The notes below the pieces were generated by a model. It did not search any database and was not told where the DNA came from. It saw only the letters and a program-made list of their open reading frames with translations. A DNA stretch of 64,000 nt from the NCBI GenBank assembly GCA_951406725.2, contig OX597819.1, forward strand, positions 107,756,001-107,820,000. The letters are read 5' to 3'. Origin of the DNA: Octopus vulgaris (lineage: Eukaryota). The translations under genes were made by a program, and so were the position numbers. Positions 55,976-64,000 of this stretch are shown one piece after another (position 1 is the stretch's first letter; each line of letters opens with the position of its first letter).

Positions 55976-56617
55976 AAGACCGGAGAATGTCTGTGTAAAT
56001 GTAAGTGGTGGCGACACAAGTGGGAAAATGGAAGTAGAAGAAGAAAGGTAAAAAGTACGAGGAAAAAGTGGAAGAGTCACGGACAAATCTTTTTGATTTC
56101 CAATCACGATTTCAATGGCGTACTCCGGAAGAATGGTAACAGTAATCCGTAGGTGTAAAAATCCAGGAATTGGTATCCAAGGCACTCAGAGGGCCATACA
56201 CTGTCAACTGAAATAGCAGAATCACTGAAAATGTTTTGCTAGTGGATTTTAAACTATGTTAAATCATTTTCAATGTCCTTAATTTTGAAGTTCATGAATT
56301 CTTTATAATGATGTAATGTTTTCATTAATCAATTAAAGGAGTCGTTAGAAACGGTAGTAATGGATTGATACCTGTACCGCTACTGTTACTCATATACAGG
56401 TCGGCTTTACTTTTCATTTTTCCGGGGTCGATAAAATAAATACGAAATGAGCACTGAGTCGATGTAATTGACTTATCTCTTCCTTCAAAATTGCTAGTCT
56501 TGTGCCAAATTGAGAAAGAATTATTACATTTATGCATAAATTATAATCTTTTAATATCAGTGCTACCATGTAATTTATTATTCTCCAAAGTAATTGTCAA
56601 TTTTATTTTATCTTTAA

Positions 56618-57300
56618 AATCTTGGACTTTGTACCGAAAGCGCAAGAATCAGCTTGACGCTTTTCATATGCGATGCTTACGTACTATCTCATACATAAAA
56701 CCAAGCAACCGTATTCATAACAGGGATGTACTTAAGCAATGCAACATATCAGGTATTGAAGCCATCCTCATCAAAATTCAGCTTAGATGGTCTGGTCATC
56801 TCTCACGTATATGTGATATCAGAATCCCGAAGTAACTTCTCTTTGGCCAATTCCCAACAGGACGGTCAGTTAGGAGGCCACTCTTGCGCTTCAAAGACAA
56901 ACTGAAAGACAACCTGAAATGATACAACGTTCCTTTTTCTTCCTGAGAATACAAAGCATCAGAGCGTAGGACCTGGCGCCAGTTCTGCTTCTCCTCGGTT
57001 CAAAAATCTGAGCAAAATCGACCGGGAAGAACTTCGTGCAAGCACGAAGGCATGCTGGCAAAGCACTGCTTCTCTAAATGAAAGTCTTACCTGTCATTGT
57101 CATTTTTTGAGACGAAGCAAAGCAGGCCTAGCCGTCCGCTCAAGAAAATACATAGTAAATAATCCACAAGCACTCAAGCAAACTGAGTCCTCAACTTATT
57201 CCATTTGTCGAAAGTTTTGCAAGGCACCAGCAGGCCCCAAGAGACATGTTCGTGTCCAACACTTTATTTTACTGAACTCTCATTTGTCGTCCACAAGAGA
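56618..57300 (+). mobile_element. RTE/BovB-type LINE 3' fragment
   Basis: SWTLY..LDAFHMRCLRTI..QLRWSGHLSR..RIPK*LLFG..RFKDKLKDNLK, plus C-terminal Zn-finger remnants. Confidence 0.85.
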
Positions 57301-57467
57301 ATCCATTGTATATATATGCATATATTGATCCATTTTTGTTGCTTTTTTCTTGTTTATAATCACCCCGCATTATCTTATGGTTAATACCATATAGATTTCT
57401 GGTGCATCTAAGTTAAGTACCGCATTCATGTGAATTCAACAGAACTCATTTGAATCTTAATTGCTTT

Positions 57468-57508
<41 letters not shown>

Positions 57509-57701
57509 ATATATATATATCATATATATGTATGTATGTTTTGTGTATGTATGTGTGTATGTATGTATCGTCTATAGAAAACATAAATCCGAAAGAAGCA
57601 TACTCTAAGATGTAGAGCAGTATATATTAAAAATGTGGACACTCAGTTTAAGGGGCTACCTTAGGTTTTCCATCCAATCCCATAAACCGGCCCTCCCCAT
57701 T

Positions 57702-57754
<53 letters not shown>

Positions 57755-57756
<2 letters not shown>

Positions 57757-57926
57757 TTCAGTAAAATTTAGATTTAGTTGAATATGGTACTTAAGTTAAA
57801 GGCACCAGAATTTAGTATGGTATTATCCATATAATTCAAAATGGGTTGATTGCATTATACACTTAAATGGAGTCGCATGAAGCGATCGTACTGCATTACC
57901 TCTGGATATCCTTGTTGCTTATTTTG

Positions 57927-57984
<58 letters not shown>

Positions 57985-58164
57985 GACATATACATATATA
58001 TATGTATGTATATATACATTGATACAGCTTTATACACACACACACATGCACACACACATATATGTATATATATATATACATACATATATGTGTGTGTGTG
58101 TGTATAAAGTTGTATCAATATATATATACATACATATGTATATATGTGTATATGTGTGTATATA

Positions 58165-58203
<39 letters not shown>

Positions 58204-58338
58204 AAATAAGCAACAAGGATATCCAGTATATCGCTCATGCGACTATATAATAATGCAATCAACCCATTTTGATATATGGATAATACCATATATTTGGTGC
58301 CTTTATATATTCAACTAAATCTAAATTTTACTGAACTA
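57755..58338. repeat. Inverted pair of pLTR-end modules around a microsatellite, homologous to 2119-2270
   Basis: 57755-57930 and 58200-58338 are reverse complements. Shared GGATATCCTTGTTGCTTATTTTGAT and GGATAATACCATA..GGTGCCTTTA. A further partial copy lies at 57360-57445. Confidence 0.85.
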
Positions 58339-58358
58339 TATATATATATATATACTTA

Positions 58359-58431
<73 letters not shown>

Positions 58432-58449
58432 AAGCTGTATCAATAGACA

Positions 58450-59100
58450 GGTGAAAAAACTTTGTCTTTATACCTTATATTTTTGGGGACAGAAAATGGT
58501 GGGTCAACCGAATAATTAAGTTCCAATGCTGTATCGGGTTTTCATCATCGACTGAGTAGCCTCTTTAACTGTCTACGGAAGCATTGTCTATATATCCATT
58601 ATAATTAAAAGCGCAAGGAAACTGGATGACTACTTTACGTGTATAATGTATTCTTGCCAATTAGTTGGATAAAAAGTAACTATTGCACTAGCAGTGTTTT
58701 ACTTCGATACTATACTTTACTGTAAGATAGATTTATGGATTTTTAGCTAGCTGTATATGGAAAGATGGAAGTAAGTAAAATGTCCTATGTGTGTGCACGC
58801 GCTTATGTGTAATAGTGTCTTTTGCTTTTTCCTTAACATTACTTTTCGCAGTATGCTTGTATAATCGATCCTTAAGGGAAATGTTGGTTAAGCCGATGTA
58901 TGTCACTGTAGTACTGGGGTTTCTTTCTGGGTTATTTTTATTTTTTCAGACATGTATTCCTCATACCTTAAGAATAACGAAACATTCTGTAGCGCCATTT
59001 TTAGAGTAATTTGTACTTTTAAAATCTTTTGTTTGTTGTTTTATCTTTTCTTTTTTGCAACTGTTTATGGCCTTAGTTTGTTTTATTTTGTAATTACTTT
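58450..59100 (-). mobile_element. Degenerate PLE GIY-YIG fragment
   Basis: Minus TYIGLTNISLKDRLYKH, then DIL..FPYTAS. Confidence 0.6.
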
Positions 59101-60673
59101 AAAGACAGAAAATAACTCTGTGTGTGTGTGTGTGTATGTGTGTGTGTGTGTGTGCGTGAGTGTGTGCGCGTGTGTGTGTGTGTGTATGTGTGGCTACTTG
59201 AATTAGTTTATATTACCATCCGTGCCAACGCTTCAATTCGCTGGATTTGGAAATTTTCCTTCAGAAACGCATGCCTAAAGAGCAGTTTTATATCCCGAGT
59301 ATCTGTACAGGTACACTTCAGATAGAAATTCTGCCTTTGATATTGATATTCACAGGGCTCTTCGAGATTTATGTTTGCTTTCTAAGCATTATACAAGGGG
59401 TTTCCCATTAGATTATAAAGTACCGTTTCAATATTTCCACATGACATGATTTCTTTTTGTTTTTATTTTTTTATTTCTCTTTTATTCCTTGATTCTAGCT
59501 AGATCCTTTACTAATAGAGCAGCGGTTTAACCATGCAAGACGTATATAACTTCCTTGGGTATCATATACTTGCATATCCAACTTCTTTAGTTGACATGGC
59601 TTCTCGTATAGTTGTTGCCACATTTGTTGTTTTTAAGTATTTCTTCTCTGAATATTTTACTTCTTTAGCTGCTGGTTCAGCATTGATTTTTGTTTCATCT
59701 TTATCTAGTTCTTGCTAAGATCGTTTGGGGCTGGAGTAGAATTGTTTGTTTTGTTCAAAGGATTCGCCGTCGTTTTTAATATCAACGGATTGTTAGCGAT
59801 TTAGCGACGATCTCTTTTCTTCAGGCTGTCTTTGGTTTCCTGTACTTATTTATTTATTTTTGTTATTTTAATTTCTCCAGTAATTGTCATTCTTTCACTC
59901 TTACGCATTTCTGTTATTTAGTTATTGAAATCATTAAAGAGAGATATCTGCTATCTTATCCTATTTTTTTCGTATGTTTCTGATGTTGCTGGTTTAGATT
60001 TTGATAATCTAATGAGTATATATGAGGGGAGAACTAACTATTCTTTGTATCTTGTGTGATTTTCGCATATATTATTTTGTTTATTCTAGCAATATTGACG
60101 TCTTTGTAGATTTGCATTTTTATTGATGTAGCTATTTCATCGTTAAGTTTTATCTTTGGGGGTTATTTTCGTTAGTCCATAAAAAGATCAATCGTTTTTA
60201 ACTCTTAAGTATTTTCCCTATTAAACTATTGTCATATTCCGATTTTCTATCTTCAGAATATTTTTTTTCTTAAATATTTCTCAAATTTCCTGTTATTCAA
60301 TATTTGTTCGTGTTTCTTTTTCTTGTTTTTTTTTGTTTTGTTTTTTCTTGATCTGACTATTCTGTAGTAGATTGATTTCATATTTTATTGTTTACATTGT
60401 TTGGAGTTTCTTTTGTTTGGGAGCGGTGTTTCTTACCTTTTGGCACGTGTCAGCTTTACGTGATTTATTTACGTCTGTGCTTTTATCCTCGTTATTTGTT
60501 TGCTTTTTTTTTTCTTTTTCGTGATTTGTAATTTTGTGTTCTTTTTCTTAAAGTGTTCTATATCTACGTTTCATATCTTTTCGCATTGAGGCGTGCTATT
60601 TCAAATTCGCAAGTATTTTGGAATACAAAGTATTTTTTAGATTAAGGTTATTTTGTCTCCAAATTATATACTA

Positions 60674-61901
60674 AACTAGCAAACGTACCCGTCCTTTGGA
60701 CAGTTTAAGCTGCTTTGGTGTATTTTTCACCAAATAATTGAACTACCGAGAATATTTATGAGTAGCACGGCAATCTATGTTTCCGATTAACCTAGGAACA
60801 GTATACCAAATTGAAGGCTGGTTATTGTGGAGGTCGTTGCACTTTAATGATCATAGAAGATATAAGTTTGCAAGCGATGCAAATTAGAGCTACTGAAGTG
60901 TTTGGGGAGTAGATTACGGATAATGACTGCAAAATATAGTTGTTTTACATAAAAGCGAAATTTCTTGTCAGAAACAGCCACATAAACGGTGTAAAGAAAT
61001 TGAAGGAAGACGTTGAAACTACCCATCAGCGAGTTTATTTTATTCAACAGCAAAGGGGGCTATTTTTTCGGAGAGAAGTATGATTAGCACGTTCAAAAAT
61101 AGCAATATAATGCCATAAAGTTAAAAGAATGTATTTTCTACGTATACGACCACTTTGATATTGAGTTCCGGTAACGAAAATTGAAAACATGAAGAGCTTG
61201 ACTTCAGTTCACGAATACTGTTTTGAATCTTTAGCAGTTCGCAGTGAAAAGATGTCGCGTTCGAAATATCATAATGGATGGGTAAAAAAGCATCCTTAAA
61301 GTGAAACAACGCATTGGTAGGTAAACAAAGGTGTCAACAAATAGAAGTGCGGGAAGGGAACATCATCTTTCAAGTAACTCAGAATAGGTAAAGGTAAGCT
61401 TGACAAAGTTTAATGCAGTTTAAATATGGAGATTAAGATTGTTTGGTATTGGGTATTCATCGCGTACAGTGATCCTAGTCAATTTAATTGCCGTCGCAGG
61501 TGGACAGTATAAATAAATATACAAAACCCTTTCACTTTTATAATATTCTCTAACCAAGTAGTAATACACAATTACAACATATAAATAAATAATAAATCAA
61601 AAAATGTGAAAACGACTAAAAAATATTCTCTAATGCCAATATACGACCAATTAGATTTAAAAAGTATGGAAGACCCTACATACAAAAAATTACATACAAC
61701 GAATTAGAGAAAACCCCGTATAGACCACCGTTTTTCCCGGTTTGTCCATTTACGCGGGAGCTCTGGGCAAAATGTTATAGTGCATGACCATCGTAGGAAC
61801 ATAAGATTTGTGTGTAAAGTTTGGTGAAAATCTGTTGAGAATTGTGGAAATGTATACATTAGTCAATATACACACATATACTATGATTTATATATACTAG
61901 A
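60674..61901 (+). mobile_element. Helentron/HINE-like element(s)
   Basis: Start ACTAGCAAACGTACCCGTCCTTTGGAC. HINE-like ends near 61525 (CTTTCACTTTTATAATA) and 61901 (TTTATATATACTAGAT). Confidence 0.5.
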
Positions 61902-62169
61902 TAATATCGTTATTTCATTTTGTGGGTGTGAGAAATATAATATGTATGTAAAATAGAAATTTATTCCTCTCTTGAGTTTCTTTCTTGATGTAGATTATCG
62001 TTTTCGTCAGGTGCCGATTTATCCATTTCAGTAAAGTTTTACACTGTCCATTTTCCGTGCTTTTTGTGCATGAAATCAAAGGAATCATTCTCTTTTTAAG
62101 ATCAGGCTGAATAATACAGTTTTTATTTGTACTATTTGTCATTTTTTGTGAGGAAAACTGAATCCGTTT

Positions 62170-62520
62170 GTTGATAGGACTTGTGACCTCTGGTAGCAGA
62201 TTGCCAGCCAGTGTGAACTTTTGCAATACGCAAATGATGTCAGCAAAATAATGTTTCAGGTATATTGAGGATGCCCAAACACACTGAGGTGATAAGTACT
62301 GCTCCTGGGGAGTTCGAAGCGGTGGCAGGAACAAAATGTAATCAAGGAAAGTCGATGAGGCCTGTAACTCAATATTTGGGAAGGCAAATCCAGGCTGCTC
62401 AACAGCGCTGTGAAGCATTGGAATCATGAACGAACTGATGAAATTGCTTGGGATCTGCTTTAATCCAGGTCTCCAGTTAGACAAGCACTATAACGTGGTG
62501 ATGAGTAGAATAGCTAATAG
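62170..62520 (+). mobile_element. Degenerate Tx1/L1-type RT fragment
   Basis: YANDVS (YADD-like), EAVAGTKCN.GKS and KLLGICF in shifting frames. Confidence 0.55.
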
Positions 62521-62929
62521 TCTTTTCTACCCTAGGCATAAGGCCCGAAATTTTGGGGGAGGGGCCTGTCGAGTAGATCGACCCCAGTACGCAACTGGTA
62601 TTTAATTTATCGACGAAAGTATGAAAGGCAAAATCGATCTCGCTTACTCTTCTAATTTCTGTGGAAGGGGTGGATTTCGCTGGTCAGACAGTCCACTTGC
62701 TGCGTCAATATCAGCAGCGTGGGGAACTGGGCATGCATTGGCTAATGATGGGCAGACATGCACTGAGGTTGCGACTTCTCCAGTATTTCCTTAACAGAGA
62801 GCAGGTGTGGTTGTTGTTTGTTTCACTCAGATTTTCGGCAGCTTGTCGCTTTTATATTTTGAGGAAGAAGGATAGGATATAGTATATGGCATGAGGAAAG
62901 CAGAGGTTGAACTCAGATATTTCATGCCT

Positions 62930-63210
62930 CGGAAGAAACGCTAGCACGCCGGGCGAAATGCGTAGCCGTATTAGGCGGCGAGCTGGCAGAAACGTTAGCA
63001 CGACGGGCGAAATGCGTAGCTGTATTTCGTCTGCCGCTACGTTCTGAGTTCAAATTCCGCCGAGGTCGACTTTGCCTTTCATCCTTTCGGGGTCGATTAA
63101 ATAAGTACTAGTTACGCACGGAGGTCGATATAATCAACTTAATCCGTTTGTCTGTCCTTGTTTGTCCTCTCTGTGTTTAGCCCCTTGTGGGTAGTAAAGA
63201 AATAGGTATT
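62930..63210 (+). mobile_element. SINE family D, full length, with partial head duplication upstream
   Basis: GGCGGCGAGCTGGCAGAAACGTTAGCAC..GTGGGTAGTAAAGAAATAGG. Confidence 0.9.
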
Positions 63211-63916
63211 CCATGCCTCTTTTCTCATATTCTATTTTATATGTCTTCACCATCACTAGCGTCTCTGGTTTTGTGATTTGTCTTTGTAATATATTCTCAT
63301 CCGTTGCCCTTGAGGCAAATAAAGAATTAATTATTATTATTCCAGTACATCAAATCTGTAGAGGCGAGCATTTTTCAGGTCAGCTGCTTTTTAAGTCTTT
63401 TTTTTTTTCTCTCTATTTCTCAAAATGTTATATCACTCGACTCTGCTGTCAACATATCGGAATGACTTTGAAAATACCGAAAAGAACACCAGCAACAATA
63501 ACAACATTATCGACAAGATCAAAAGATTATTTGCAATGTAATCAAAAGTCTGTTTCTGCTTGCTTTCTTAATCAATATTACTGTGTATATCTTTGGTGTA
63601 TTTTCATGTAAATATTTGTCTGTGGTCATAGAGTACACAATAGAGAGGTTATCAATTATCCCCCCCTTCGTTAATTTATTTGAGAAAATGTCTACATAAG
63701 TGAAAAAGTGAGAAAAAATAAAAACAGAAAAACTTTCACACTACCTGAACCCAAACAGACCACCTGACCCTTGTAAACAAAAAAACTAGATACCCAATCA
63801 GCAAACAACTTTTATGAGAAATGTATAGGTCATGCAGTACAAAATTGAGATATCATTTGTCTCCTCTTCAGTATTATATCCAAAAATACTTTCCCATTTC
63901 CGCATTCGACATTTTT

Positions 63917-64000
63917 AACTTCTGGGGTCTTGCATGCGTAGCGGGCTTGATACTTGCAGTCTATGGTACCATGCTATGTGTTCTTTTCAACTATTTAATA
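63917..64000 (-). mobile_element. 3' UTR of an R4/Dong copy (continues beyond the window)
   Basis: Matches 4917-5000 (GTCTTGCATGCGTAGCGGGCTTG..GGTACCATGCTAT..TTTTCAACTAT). Confidence 0.8.

Noticed and set aside
59300-60600. Possible R4/Dong N-terminal remnant (minus strand)
   Set aside because: Too degenerate to support by eye.
61915-62484. 189-aa minus-strand ORF as a gene
   Set aside because: Antisense to a decayed Tx1/L1 RT fragment, with no recognisable domain.

Overview
AT-rich, microsatellite-dense eukaryotic DNA with no recognisable host protein-coding exon. The repeat repertoire points to a coleoid cephalopod, probably Octopus (inference). The window is almost entirely transposable elements and their remains: several tRNA-derived SINE families, a near-intact 5'-truncated CR1-group LINE (25.4-27.9 kb), many R4/Dong and Hero RLE-LINE fragments, RTE and Tx1/L1 fragments, a mariner fragment, Helentron-like and piggyBac-like MITEs, and a high density of Penelope-like elements (PLEs). 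The most notable signal is about a dozen type-I hammerhead-ribozyme (HHR)-like motifs from at least 5 sequence families. Each has a palindromic mini stem III, and some have a very long stem II or a CCGANGA core. They sit in PLE pseudo-LTRs and in small non-coding fold-back elements inserted in (TA)n. The best example is a young RT+GIY-YIG PLE at 29.1-32.3 kb with 556-bp inverted pLTRs, where only the antisense ribozyme copy has an intact core. Most long ORFs in the supplied track are microsatellite artefacts. Boundaries of degenerate repeats were read by eye and are approximate.
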